49,568 bases of DNA from Helicobacteraceae bacterium CG2_30_36_10 (lineage in GTDB: Bacteria; Campylobacterota; Campylobacteria; Campylobacterales; Sulfurimonadaceae), in assembly GCA_001873135.1 (NCBI GenBank), contig MNYP01000147.1:1-49568 (forward strand). The letters are read 5' to 3'. Of this stretch, positions 25,838 to 35,775 are shown piece by piece. A model generated the notes under the pieces. The model made no database searches, had not been told where the DNA came from, and worked only from the letters and a program-made list of their open reading frames with translations. The stretch's first letter is position 1. Every line of letters begins with the position of its first letter. A program made the position numbers and the translations under genes.

Positions 25838-26961
25838 TGTTTAGACTGACAAATCTTATCACTTCCGTTGTTGAGAATAAACCGCAAAGAGTTTTAGACG
25901 GTTCTATTGCAATATGGAACTTTACTAACAGATGCAACCTTTCATGTATGCACTGTTACTCAAAATCAACTTTGGATGAAGTTGACACACTTACAACCCA
26001 GCAGATTAAAAAAACTATTTTAGAGATGAAAACTAGCGGTATAAAGTTTATTATATTCTCAGGTGGAGAACCACTAACAAGAAAAGACTTATTTGAGATT
26101 GCAGATTTTTGTAAAAATAATGGAATTATTACTTACCTTTCAAGTAATGGTCTGTACTTTACCAAAGGTAACATACAAAAGATTGTTGACACCTTTAACT
26201 ATGTTGGAGTAAGTATTGACGGTAACGAAGAAACTCATGACCACTTCCGTGGTCTCAAAGGTGCATTCAGAGAGACACTCAAAGCAGTACTTCTTGCAAA
26301 CGCTACAGGAGCAAAAGTCGGTATTCGTTTTACTATGACTAAAGAGACTATAGACTCATTAGAGTATATCTTTGAATTAGCTGAGAAGCATAATATACCT
26401 AAAATATATATATCTCATCTTGTTTATTCCGGTCGTGGTTTAGATAATCTTGAAATGGATTTGACAAAAGAACAAAGAAGAAAAGCTGTAGAGTTTATTT
26501 TAAATAAAGCATTTGATTACTATGAAACAGGTAGAGATATTGAAATTGTGACTGGAAATATGGAGATGGATGCAATACTATTTCTTAAAAAATTTGCATC
26601 AAAATATCCTGAGCTAAAAGAGATAATGAGAAAACGATTAGTTAGTTGGGGAGGAAACTCTGCAGGGCGTAAACTTGTAAACATTAACAGCGAGGGCGAT
26701 GTAAAGCCAGACCCATTTTTTCCGCTGAGTGTTGGAAACATCATAGAACAGGATTTTGGAGAAATTTGGAAGAATAGTGAACTACTTAATCAACTCAGAA
26801 TCCACCCAAGAACACACGTAAGTGGAATATGCAGCGATTGTGAACAGATAGATATATGTAATGGTGGTTCACGTCCTCGTGCACACGCTATTACAGGTGA
26901 TTTATGGAGTGAAGATCCATCGTGTTACTTAACTAAACAAGAAAGGAAAAACAATGATTAA
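25837..26961 (+). CDS. nirJ: Radical SAM/SPASM heme d1 biosynthesis protein
   Basis: CNLSCMHC, GGNSAG, CSDC..ICNGGSR..DPSC SPASM motif; nir context. Confidence 0.88.
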   Translation: MFRLTNLITSVVENKPQRVLDGSIAIWNFTNRCNLSCMHCYSKSTLDEVDTLTTQQIKKTILEMKTSGIKFIIFSGGEPLTRKDLFEIADFCKNNGIITYLSSNGLYFTKGNIQKIVDTFNYVGVSIDGNEETHDHFRGLKGAFRETLKAVLLANATGAKVGIRFTMTKETIDSLEYIFELAEKHNIPKIYISHLVYSGRGLDNLEMDLTKEQRRKAVEFILNKAFDYYETGRDIEIVTGNMEMDAILFLKKFASKYPELKEIMRKRLVSWGGNSAGRKLVNINSEGDVKPDPFFPLSVGNIIEQDFGEIWKNSELLNQLRIHPRTHVSGICSDCEQIDICNGGSRPRAHAITGDLWSEDPSCYLTKQERKNND

Positions 26962-28084
26962 ACAAATTTTTTTAGGCACAACTTTAGTGGTGTCACTTTT
27001 TATAAGTGTACATGCTCAAAGTGTTACCCCGCATTTGTTAAACACAGATGAAAAAATCTTTGTGGTTGAGAGAGAAAACTCTTCTCTTGCCGTGATTGAA
27101 AAAGGTATGCCAAAAAGTCATATTTCTGGTATGCACAACATGAACCACGGTGTCGTAAAATTTGACGGCAAAGATGGTTATGTAATCAGCCGTGACGGTT
27201 ATGTAATAAAGTTTGACCCTGAAAAAGAGATAATTTTGAAAGAGTACAAGACGAGTGATAGTGCTATCGGATTTACAATAAGTAAAAATTTTCTTGCTGT
27301 TGCAAACTACGCCAAAAAAAGTGTAGATATATTAGATAGAGATTTAAACCCAATTCAGTCGTTTGAAACAGGTTCTAAAAATGTCGGAATAAAAATCTAT
27401 AAAGATTATCTGATATTTTCACAAATGGACAACGATAAAATTACTATTTTAAAAGATAAAAATGGTGGTAACGGTGTTCCTAACTTTGTAGTATATAAAG
27501 AGTTTGAGGATGTTGGGGTTATGCCTTTTGATGCGATGATTAAAGACAACAACTTTATTGTCGGTTTTTTTCAGAGTGAATATTTTGGAGTAGTAGATTT
27601 AGACACAATGACTTACTCAAAAATAAAAATTTTACTCGAAGATAGAAAACCCGTTCTAAAAGTACCCCATTTTGGTTTTTGGAGTATCGGCGGCGGCTAT
27701 GTTTTTATGCCAGCGGTTGGGAACAACAAAGTGCTAGTCTACACACCTGATTTTAAATTCGTAAAAGCTATCGCGACCGAGGGACTCCCTGTCTTTACCG
27801 CACTCTCTCCTGATCAAAAATATTTAGCAGTCACTTTCAGTGGCGAAAAATTTCCTATTATCCAAATAATAGATACAAGAACTTTAGAGGTTGTTAAAAG
27901 GTTTAACTTTGATGGAAAAGTTCTTCATCTAAGATGGTCAAAAAACAAGCCAAACCTATATATCTCAGTAAACGATACAAATAAGATTGCTGTTCTAAAC
28001 ACAAAAGAGTGGTACCTCTCCCGTGAAATATTTCAAATTAAAAAGCCCTCAGGCATCTTTATATATGAAGAAGTAAAAGAATGA
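26954..28084 (+). CDS. nirF: Heme d1 biosynthesis beta-propeller protein
   Basis: Signal peptide, VVERE, MNH, KVPHFGFW, PSGIF; no CxxCH. Confidence 0.88.
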   Translation: MIKQIFLGTTLVVSLFISVHAQSVTPHLLNTDEKIFVVERENSSLAVIEKGMPKSHISGMHNMNHGVVKFDGKDGYVISRDGYVIKFDPEKEIILKEYKTSDSAIGFTISKNFLAVANYAKKSVDILDRDLNPIQSFETGSKNVGIKIYKDYLIFSQMDNDKITILKDKNGGNGVPNFVVYKEFEDVGVMPFDAMIKDNNFIVGFFQSEYFGVVDLDTMTYSKIKILLEDRKPVLKVPHFGFWSIGGGYVFMPAVGNNKVLVYTPDFKFVKAIATEGLPVFTALSPDQKYLAVTFSGEKFPIIQIIDTRTLEVVKRFNFDGKVLHLRWSKNKPNLYISVNDTNKIAVLNTKEWYLSREIFQIKKPSGIFIYEEVKE

Positions 28085-28815
28085 GTAAAGTTTACTTAAC
28101 CGGTGCCGGTCCGGGTGATATTGAGCTTTTAACGCTCAAAGCGTACAGAGTTATAAAAGAGGCTGATGTTATCATATATGACCGACTTGCTAATCCTGAG
28201 ATTCTAAAAATGTCAAAAAATGGTTGTGAATTTGTCTATGTAGGCAAAGAGGACGGTCGACATATTATGCCTCAAGATGATATAAATGAGACTATTTACC
28301 AAAACTCTTTAAAATATGAAAACGTGGTCAGATTAAAAGGGGGTGACCCTTTTGTGTTTGGTAGAGGTGGTGAGGAAGCAGCTTATCTACAAGAGAGAGG
28401 AGTAAGATTTGAGATTATTCCTGGCATCACATCTGCAGTAAGTGCTCCTGCTTATGCTGGCATACCGGTAACACACCGAGGAATAGCCGCTAGCTTTAGA
28501 GTTGTAACAGGTCATGAATCACCAAGCAAAAAAACATCTCAAATTCCATGGGAAAACTATAAAACAGACGATACAATTGTGTTTTTAATGAGTCTGCATA
28601 ATCTTTCAAAAATAAGTAAAAAGCTTATTGAAATTGGAAAGCCTAGCAACTACCCTATTGCAGTCATCTCAAAAGGGACAACAAAAGATCAAATAGTAGT
28701 CGTAGGAACTCTTGAAGATATAGTTGATAAGGCTAAAGATGTCCCGACACCAGCACTTATTGTTGTAGGTCAAGTTGTTAAATTAAGAGAACAGCTAAAG
28801 TGGTTCGAGACTTAA
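28081..28815 (+). CDS. nirE: Uroporphyrinogen-III C-methyltransferase (NirE/CobA)
   Basis: GAGPGD, RLKGGDPFVFGRGGEE, PGITSA; in the nir operon. Confidence 0.92.
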   Translation: MSKVYLTGAGPGDIELLTLKAYRVIKEADVIIYDRLANPEILKMSKNGCEFVYVGKEDGRHIMPQDDINETIYQNSLKYENVVRLKGGDPFVFGRGGEEAAYLQERGVRFEIIPGITSAVSAPAYAGIPVTHRGIAASFRVVTGHESPSKKTSQIPWENYKTDDTIVFLMSLHNLSKISKKLIEIGKPSNYPIAVISKGTTKDQIVVVGTLEDIVDKAKDVPTPALIVVGQVVKLREQLKWFET

Positions 28816-28830
28816 AGAGTACCTCTAAGA

Positions 28831-29526
28831 TTAATATTTCGAGAGTTCGTACTTATCCCAGAGTTTTTTTGCATAAACATTTCCGCTATCAATTGATTTT
28901 TTAGCAAATGTTTTAGCTTCTGAAAAATTCTCTTGATTGCAATAAACTTCTGCTAAAAGATAGTAAGAGTTTGTATCTCCGCTTTGAGCATTAATTTTCA
29001 GCCACTTAAGGGCTTTGTCAAATTTAATAAGCTGCATATAAACAATACCAATATTTTTAATTGCTCCTTGATGAGCCTGCAAAGCGGCACTCTCCAAAAG
29101 TTCAGCTGCTTTAGTTACATTTTGATCGGTAAAATCACCCTTGTAATACATAAGTGCTAAATTATACTGAGCATTCGCATTACCCAAGTCCGCTGAGCTT
29201 CCCAACCATGTAAATGCCAAATTTAAATCTTGCTTAACATAGTGTCCACTTAAATACATCATAGCTAAGTCATATTGAGCAGTAGCATCCATATTGTGAG
29301 CAGACTTTTTTAGCCAGTAGACCCCTTTTTTAATATCTTTTGAAATTCCAATACCATTAAAGTAAAGATAGCTAAGTGCATTTTGTGCGACACTATCTCC
29401 TCTGGTTGCATCAACCTTATATAGTTCATATGCCTTGTCATATTCTTTATTTTTGAAAGCATCCAAAGCACTTTGAGAAGCTTGCATGTATACTGCTAAA
29501 ATCAAAATCAAAATGAATTTATTCAT
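28831..29526 (-). CDS. Secreted Sel1-like repeat protein
   Basis: Signal peptide; repeated AQYxLAxMYxxG..V.QD units. Confidence 0.88.
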   Translation of the reverse strand: MNKFILILILAVYMQASQSALDAFKNKEYDKAYELYKVDATRGDSVAQNALSYLYFNGIGISKDIKKGVYWLKKSAHNMDATAQYDLAMMYLSGHYVKQDLNLAFTWLGSSADLGNANAQYNLALMYYKGDFTDQNVTKAAELLESAALQAHQGAIKNIGIVYMQLIKFDKALKWLKINAQSGDTNSYYLLAEVYCNQENFSEAKTFAKKSIDSGNVYAKKLWDKYELSKY

Positions 29527-29536
29527 ATTTCAAACC

Positions 29537-29725
29537 CTATAAATAATGTAAAAGAGTAGAGAAAATAAGAGCAGTTAAGAAGGTAACACTTACCATAATA
29601 AACCTTTTCTTTGATTCTTCAATATTATATTTCTCTTCAAAATAGTTAGCTAGTTTTATTCCTGGCAATATTGTAAACAGAAACATAGGAAAAGTCATTA
29701 CTAAAATTATTATAAAATCATTCAT
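29537..29725 (-). CDS. Small 2-TM hypothetical protein
   Basis: Two hydrophobic helices; AGAGGA SD favours the third ATG (the ORF track starts at 29731). Confidence 0.7.
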   Translation of the reverse strand: MNDFIIILVMTFPMFLFTILPGIKLANYFEEKYNIEESKKRFIMVSVTFLTALIFSTLLHYL

Positions 29726-29745
29726 CATCATCCTCTAAATGAACA

Positions 29746-29815
29746 ATTATACCTACATAATTAAAATCATATAATGATTAATATCAATAAATAAATAAAC
29801 TTTATTAATTATACT
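29746..29815. promoter_or_regulatory. Bidirectional FNR/Dnr-type promoter pair
   Basis: ATGAT-TAAT-ATCAA (29774-29787), with TATACT 22 nt to the right (+) and TATAAT 22 nt to the left (-). Confidence 0.65.
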
Positions 29816-29860
29816 ACGCTTAATTTTATTTTTGTATTTTAAGCAATAAAAAGGATTCTC

Positions 29861-30187
29861 ATGAAAAATCTCATACCATTAAGCATAGTCTCAATCTTTA
29901 CTATGTTCACATTTGCTGCCTGTTCAGCCACGAACCAATCCCCGGAGTCTTATACAGAAAATATAAGCCGTAAAAACCTAACACAAGATAATGTTCATAA
30001 AATTATCCGAGAAACAGGTAAAAAAAATGGTTGGATTATGACTGAATTTAAAAACGATACTCTAATAGCTGAAAAAGTAGATGGGGACGATACTAAATCG
30101 GTAACCGTTAAATTTAATAAATCATCTTTTTTTCTCTCTCCCTCAGATAGTGATTTAGAAGATGCATTAAAAGATGCGTTAAAATAG
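29861..30187 (+). CDS. Hypothetical lipoprotein
   Basis: Lipobox FAAC, AAGGA SD. Confidence 0.82.
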   Translation: MKNLIPLSIVSIFTMFTFAACSATNQSPESYTENISRKNLTQDNVHKIIRETGKKNGWIMTEFKNDTLIAEKVDGDDTKSVTVKFNKSSFFLSPSDSDLEDALKDALK

Positions 30188-30268
30188 TAATTATTGGCTA
30201 AAATATAGATTTAGATATTTTTAAAAATTCTTTTAAGCTACTGAGTTGTTTTGCGGTTAAATTGGATT

Positions 30269-30910
30269 TTATGGCTCAAAAAGTATTTTTAAACCTTTTT
30301 TATTTTTAATTTTATATCCATTTGATTCTTTTTCCAACAAACCAAGCATTACAAGTTTTTTGAAAGTTCTAGATAGTGTTTCAGGTGTCATATGTAGTTG
30401 TTTTGCAAGGTTATAATGCTTCAGTGTAGACACTTCAGTTCTCTCATCAGAAATAAATTTCGCAAGTCTTGCCGTTGAATCTAAAACTACATTTAAGGAG
30501 ATAACATTTTCAAGATATTTTATTTTTTTTGAAAGCGACTTGAAAAACATAAGTGAAATTTCCGGATCATTAAAAAACTCTTTTTTGAATCTTTCAAAAT
30601 TTATCTCTATAATGGTTCCGCTTGTTTCAAATGCTCCAGATGCAGGATAAGCAATCCCCTCCAAAAGTACCATCTCTGCAACCATGGTTACAGGAGTAAA
30701 CCTATGCATAATAATCTCATTATTTTTTGAATCGGTTTTATACACTTTTAGAATTCCCTCTATCAGAAGTATTATAGAGGTTGGCTCATCTTTTTCATAA
30801 AATAGAATCGAATCTTTCTCGTAGCTTTTTTTGAGTGCAAATGAGCTTAGAAGCTCCAATTGCTGATCATTTAAATTCTCAAAAAAAGAACATTGTTTTA
30901 ACTCTTTCAA
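30269..30910 (-). CDS. Crp/Fnr-family regulator (Dnr/NssR-like)
   Basis: cNMP-binding fold; HTH with TPETLSR; no FNR Cys cluster. Confidence 0.9.
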   Translation of the reverse strand: MKELKQCSFFENLNDQQLELLSSFALKKSYEKDSILFYEKDEPTSIILLIEGILKVYKTDSKNNEIIMHRFTPVTMVAEMVLLEGIAYPASGAFETSGTIIEINFERFKKEFFNDPEISLMFFKSLSKKIKYLENVISLNVVLDSTARLAKFISDERTEVSTLKHYNLAKQLHMTPETLSRTFKKLVMLGLLEKESNGYKIKNKKGLKILFEP

Positions 30911-31046
30911 TTGGCTCCTTTCCTCAAATTTTAAAGAACGAGTAATATACCCATCTCTTGCTTAATATGAAATTAATATAAGTAAATGCTATTACTTTTA
31001 TTTATTTTTGATACACTTATATATCTTAAAAAATAAAGAGTAACAA

Positions 31047-31943
31047 ATGGATTTTCACAAATATATACATGCTGTAGGTACAGGGATAAAGGCAAATAGA
31101 GACTTAAGCTTTGAGGAAAGCAAAGATATGATGCATCAGATTCTTGACAGAAGTGCTCATAGCGAGCAAATCTCTGCATTTTTACTTGGGTGGAGACTAA
31201 AACCTGAGACTACTGAAGAGTTCAAAGGTGCCATTGCGGCATGCGACTCTTACATCTCTCCTCAAACTATTGAAAACTCTCTTGAACTTGGGTATCCCTT
31301 TGACGGTAAAACAAATAATCCATATATATTTCCGCTTGTTGCGAAGGTTCTTAAGGATTTTAACTTAAGCTTAGTTGTTATTGGAGACGATTTGCAACCC
31401 GCAAAAAGTGGCATTACCGTCAAAGATATTTGCACTAATATAGAACTAAGCTCCAATGTAAACTATTTTGATAGAGCTTATTTTTTTAAAGAATTACATA
31501 ATTTAACTGAACTCAGAATGCGTTTGGGTCTTCGTACCGGACTTAATACTATTGAAAAGATGCCTCGTATTGCAAACAGCGAGTATGGCATCACTGGCGT
31601 ATTTCATAAGCCATATGTACAAAAATATGTAGAAATTTATTCAGACAGATATAAAAAGTTTGCACTTATTCAGGGAAATGAAGGAACTCCTGAACTTTTC
31701 AGTAAAGGCCGCTTATGGATTGCTGATGCAAAGGGCACAGAAGAGTTTATAATCGATCCAGAATATTATGGAATCAGCTATCAAAGATCTTGGGATAAAA
31801 TCACTGTGGAAGAATCTCTTTATCAACTAAGTAATCCATCCGATGAATACATGAAATTAGCTAAATTAAATGCAGCAATTTTTCTTTTTGTAACCGATAG
31901 AGCAAAAAATATTAATGAAGCTTTCGAAATGTTAAATGGATAA
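31047..31943 (+). CDS. YbiB/TrpD2-like protein (glycosyltransferase family 3 fold)
   Basis: YIHAVGTG..RDLS, AFLLGWRLKPET, LGLRT, GVFHKPY, QGNEG. Confidence 0.8.
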   Translation: MDFHKYIHAVGTGIKANRDLSFEESKDMMHQILDRSAHSEQISAFLLGWRLKPETTEEFKGAIAACDSYISPQTIENSLELGYPFDGKTNNPYIFPLVAKVLKDFNLSLVVIGDDLQPAKSGITVKDICTNIELSSNVNYFDRAYFFKELHNLTELRMRLGLRTGLNTIEKMPRIANSEYGITGVFHKPYVQKYVEIYSDRYKKFALIQGNEGTPELFSKGRLWIADAKGTEEFIIDPEYYGISYQRSWDKITVEESLYQLSNPSDEYMKLAKLNAAIFLFVTDRAKNINEAFEMLNG

Positions 31944-33141
31944 ATACTCAAATCATGTAAGAAATATTTTACATGGATTTTTCCTATCAGTTGGAACTAC
32001 TATAGCTGAACCATCAACTGTTTTACCCCTTATTGTAAACTACTTTGGAGGAAGTTCGTTACTTATCGGCTTCTTCGCTGCTCTGCTTCGCGGTGGAGCA
32101 ATTATTGTACAGCTTTTTGCTGCCTTTCAGGCACAAAGCTATCAACTTATGCTTCCATATCTTCGCCGTATTTTTATTATCAGATTTCTTGCATGGTTCT
32201 CTATCGGTATTGCCATTATATTGTTTGGTGACAACTATCCTAACCTAACACTTGTTTCTATGGGTCTTGGTTTGTTCGTTTTTTCTTTTAGTGCCGGCTT
32301 TGGAGCTATCTATTTTAAAGATATAATAGCTAAAATTTTTTCTCATAAATTTCGTGGAAAAACAATGTCTTACCGACAATTCTTCAGTGCATTGGGCGGA
32401 CTTGTAAGCGGTGCTTTGACTGCCGTAATTTTAGAAAGCTTTGAAGCACCATACAGTTACGGATATCTATTTATAATTAGTTCATTTATTATGAGTCTTG
32501 GGTATCTCGCATTTGCAACGGTAGATGAACCTCTCAAAGTAAATGTTACACAAAAAGAGAACTCCTTTAAAAAATTTCTACATAACTCGTGGATACTGCT
32601 TAAAAGTGACAAAGATTTACAAATTCAGATCAGCACATTTTTATTGGCTTACGGATATCTTATCTCTTTGCCTTTTATAATTCTCGATGCACAGCAAAAG
32701 ATAAACCTTGATGGAACCGCAATTGGTACTTTAATCACATCACAGATGATAGGGGCTATGTTGAGTAATTTTTTGTGGGGAAAACTTAGCTTTAAAGGGC
32801 TTAACAAACTAACTGCTAATATAGCTATCTTTACACATATTGTAGCCATAGTAATAGCCTTTAATGCTTCGACAATTTACGAGTACATATTGCTATTTTT
32901 TCTTGTTGGAGGGGCAATTGACGGCAACCGCATTGCATCTGGAAACCTTATTCTAGCATTGGCACCACCAGAAAAAAGACCTGTCTACGTAGCTTTGCAG
33001 ATGAATATAGTATCATTTGGATTATTCTTTTCTATTATCGGAGGAGCAATTCTACAGTTTATAAACTACTCCACGCTTTACTCCATAACCATAGTAATAT
33101 TGTTATCTTCTATCTTTTTTTCTTTAAAACTAAAAGATTAA
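31936..33141 (+). CDS. MFS transporter
   Basis: About 12 hydrophobic helices, 401 aa; overlaps the upstream stop. Confidence 0.85.
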   Translation: MDKYSNHVRNILHGFFLSVGTTIAEPSTVLPLIVNYFGGSSLLIGFFAALLRGGAIIVQLFAAFQAQSYQLMLPYLRRIFIIRFLAWFSIGIAIILFGDNYPNLTLVSMGLGLFVFSFSAGFGAIYFKDIIAKIFSHKFRGKTMSYRQFFSALGGLVSGALTAVILESFEAPYSYGYLFIISSFIMSLGYLAFATVDEPLKVNVTQKENSFKKFLHNSWILLKSDKDLQIQISTFLLAYGYLISLPFIILDAQQKINLDGTAIGTLITSQMIGAMLSNFLWGKLSFKGLNKLTANIAIFTHIVAIVIAFNASTIYEYILLFFLVGGAIDGNRIASGNLILALAPPEKRPVYVALQMNIVSFGLFFSIIGGAILQFINYSTLYSITIVILLSSIFFSLKLKD

Positions 33142-33515
33142 ATGCCATAAAAACTTTTTATAAAAGCTCTCTCATTTTCTGTTTCAATAAATATTTTAAC
33201 AATAGTTTGATTGTTCTCACCAAGAACTATAAGACTTTTGTCGATAACTTGAAGATGGGATTTGCCCCACTCTTTATCAAGTTCATCTAAACGAAGCAGA
33301 ACATCAGCAGCACTTGGCTTCTCTTTATCTCCTGTTTGAGTATTTATGATAGTCAAGCCACCAATTCTTTTTTCCAGTGTATATGGGCTATATATCTTCA
33401 CTGCCTTGTAGATTCTTTCATTTTTTTCTTCAGGCATAGCTCTTTGCATCGAAAGGATGCCCATAACCAAAAATGCAAACAAAAGTCCAATTAAGATACC
33501 TTTTTTAGGATTCAT
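33138..33515 (-). CDS. Hypothetical membrane-anchored protein
   Basis: N-terminal TM; overlaps the upstream gene by 11 nt. Confidence 0.78.
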   Translation of the reverse strand: MNPKKGILIGLLFAFLVMGILSMQRAMPEEKNERIYKAVKIYSPYTLEKRIGGLTIINTQTGDKEKPSAADVLLRLDELDKEWGKSHLQVIDKSLIVLGENNQTIVKIFIETENERAFIKSFYGI

Positions 33516-34080
33516 TATTTCTCCAATTTTTTATATAATTCTCTGCTTTTTTGTCAAGCATTTTCATTCTCTCATTCCCTTTTGGGAGCGTTCTTCTCAG
33601 TTCTTTCATCTCTTGTAAAAATCCAGATATTCCTTCGGGAATAAGGTTTTGCAAATATTTTTTTAAATGCTTAGCCATTGCAGGAGAAGCCCCTGAGGTG
33701 GATATAGCAATAATCAAATCATCTTTTTTTACATAAGAAGGAAATATAAAATCACAATACTCTACGGAATCAACTGCATTACAGAGGCAAGAATAGAGTC
33801 TTGATTCATTAAATATTTCAGCTTGAAGCGATATATCATCAACTGCAACAACGACAACTGCGTATGACACTATATCACCTTTCACATAAATACGCTTTTC
33901 ATACTGCAAATTTTCTATCTCGATTCTGTGCATCATTTTATCAGAGAAGTCAGATGCAATGAGACATATATCTTTTGTGAAATCCAGTAAATGATTAAGT
34001 TTTTCATAAGCAATACATCCACCCCCAACAATAAGTACTTTTTTATTGTCAAGTTTTATAAAAGCTGGAAAATAACCCAC
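33505..34080 (-). CDS. Precorrin-2 dehydrogenase / sirohydrochlorin ferrochelatase (SirC/CysG N-terminal type)
   Basis: YFP, LIVGGG Rossmann motif, NAVD..CDFIFP, ISTSGASP. Confidence 0.9.
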   Translation of the reverse strand: MGYFPAFIKLDNKKVLIVGGGCIAYEKLNHLLDFTKDICLIASDFSDKMMHRIEIENLQYEKRIYVKGDIVSYAVVVVAVDDISLQAEIFNESRLYSCLCNAVDSVEYCDFIFPSYVKKDDLIIAISTSGASPAMAKHLKKYLQNLIPEGISGFLQEMKELRRTLPKGNERMKMLDKKAENYIKNWRNNES

Positions 34081-34252
34081 TCAAGACCTTCTAAAATATT
34101 CTAATGATAAAACTATATAAATAAAATAATAGCATAAATTGCCAAATAACAAGCAGTTTGTCTACTATTTAAGGGTTTGCTTAGAGTTTGAAGCAATTTA
34201 TAGTCTCTTACCTTAACAAGGAAAATAATATCTTAAACTAAACACTCAACAA

Positions 34253-34294
34253 TTGATTAAGGTCAATAAATTAAAGTGGCAAATAGAATAAAAT
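34253..34294 (+). promoter_or_regulatory. FNR/Dnr-type box with class II promoter for nirDL
   Basis: TTGAT-TAAG-GTCAA (34253-34266), 22 nt, TAAAAT (34289-34294). Confidence 0.8.
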
Positions 34295-34328
34295 TTAACT
34301 GTTAATAAACAAATAGGACGCTATTAAT

Positions 34329-35327
34329 ATGAAAAATGAAATACTTTCAAGAATACAAAAAAAATTTCCTTTAGTTGCAAAACCTTTTCAGGTTATTGCT
34401 GAAGAACTTGGAATAAGGGAAGATGAGGTTTTAGATATACTTCAAAAAGAAAAAAATGATGGAATAATCAGACAAACTTCGGCAATTTTTGATACAAGAA
34501 GACTCGGTTACGAATCTTCACTAGTTGCATTTAAAGTAGCCGAAGAAAATATGAAAAAAGCTGTTGACATTATAAACTCACATCCAGGCATCTCTCATAA
34601 TTATGAACGCAATCACGATTTTAATATTTGGTTCACACTTGGTGTTCCTCCAGATAGTAAACTTGGACTAGAAAAAACAGTTGATATTATCGCTGAGATG
34701 GCACAAGCGGATAGTTATATAATGCTTCCTACTCTTAAACTTTTTAAAATTAATGTAAAGCTTAATGTTACCGGCAATGACAGTAAAAAGGAGAGTGTAA
34801 AAAAAGTTATTCATAAAGATGTAAAACTCACTTCTTTACACCATGAGGTTATTAGATTAGCCCAATACGACATTAATATGGTAAGGGAGCCTTTTGCTGA
34901 AATAATTGAAAAGTTGAGTATAGATTATGATACATTTTTTAATATTTTAAATGAACTACAAGAGGCTGGAATTATGCGTAGATTTGCCTCTATCTTAAAC
35001 CATAGAAAAGCCGGTTTCAACGCAAACGCTATGGTGGTATGGGAAGTAGATGAAGACAATGGTAAAGAGATTGGCGAAAAGGCAGCTGCTTTTTCTGCAG
35101 TTAGTCACTGTTATTTACGTCCAAAATATGAAAATTGGCCATACAATTTATTTACTATGGTTCACGGCAAGACTACTGAGGAGACAAACTCTATAATTGA
35201 CGAGATGGCAAAAGAGATTCCAAGCAGATCACACATGCCTTTATATTCATCAAGAGAATTTAAAAAAGTAAGAATAGAGTATTTTACACCTGCAGCTAGA
35301 GAGTGGGAAGACAAATATGGTAAATAA
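34329..35327 (+). CDS. nirDL: Fused siroheme decarboxylase (NirD-NirL / AhbA-AhbB type)
   Basis: Two tandem Lrp/AsnC-like halves with SHNYER..FNIWFT and SHCYLRP..WPYNLFTMVHG. Confidence 0.88.
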   Translation: MKNEILSRIQKKFPLVAKPFQVIAEELGIREDEVLDILQKEKNDGIIRQTSAIFDTRRLGYESSLVAFKVAEENMKKAVDIINSHPGISHNYERNHDFNIWFTLGVPPDSKLGLEKTVDIIAEMAQADSYIMLPTLKLFKINVKLNVTGNDSKKESVKKVIHKDVKLTSLHHEVIRLAQYDINMVREPFAEIIEKLSIDYDTFFNILNELQEAGIMRRFASILNHRKAGFNANAMVVWEVDEDNGKEIGEKAAAFSAVSHCYLRPKYENWPYNLFTMVHGKTTEETNSIIDEMAKEIPSRSHMPLYSSREFKKVRIEYFTPAAREWEDKYGK

Positions 35328-35379
35328 ATAAAAAATAAGGTACACTTTATACAATGAATTTAACAAATAAGGAATATTT

Positions 35380-35775
35380 ATGGAACTTTTTTTTGAATTA
35401 GAGATTGCATACATCGTAATAGCAATCTTTTTTTTAGTCGTGACCGCATTTGTAACTACAAGAGACTTTATGCCTAAGGTTGCATTTTCAAGGGGAATGA
35501 TAAGCGTTTCTATGCTTTTTGCTACAATGATTCTTCTTCACTTTTTCGTAACAACTACACGTATAGATGGGGTAAAGGAGATTTTTAACGAAGGTGGTAC
35601 AATTATTTGTGAAAATAAGATGAACAGAACTATATCCCGGTCAGTACTAATTTCAAAAGAACTTGAGTGGAGGCTAAAAGGTGATTACTTTACCTCCGAC
35701 AACCATACACGTGACTTTCATACTTCTAGATGTATTGATTATTCACCAATAGCACCAAAAAATCCAACTGAATAA
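35380..35775 (+). CDS. Hypothetical 2-TM protein
   Basis: AAGGA SD, two TM helices, soluble tail with two Cys. Confidence 0.8.
   Translation: MELFFELEIAYIVIAIFFLVVTAFVTTRDFMPKVAFSRGMISVSMLFATMILLHFFVTTTRIDGVKEIFNEGGTIICENKMNRTISRSVLISKELEWRLKGDYFTSDNHTRDFHTSRCIDYSPIAPKNPTE

Noticed and set aside
30973-30986. TTAAT-ATAA-GTAAA between the regulator and the YbiB-like gene as a fourth box
   Set aside because: It has several mismatches and no -10 at the 22-nt spacing seen for the other three boxes.
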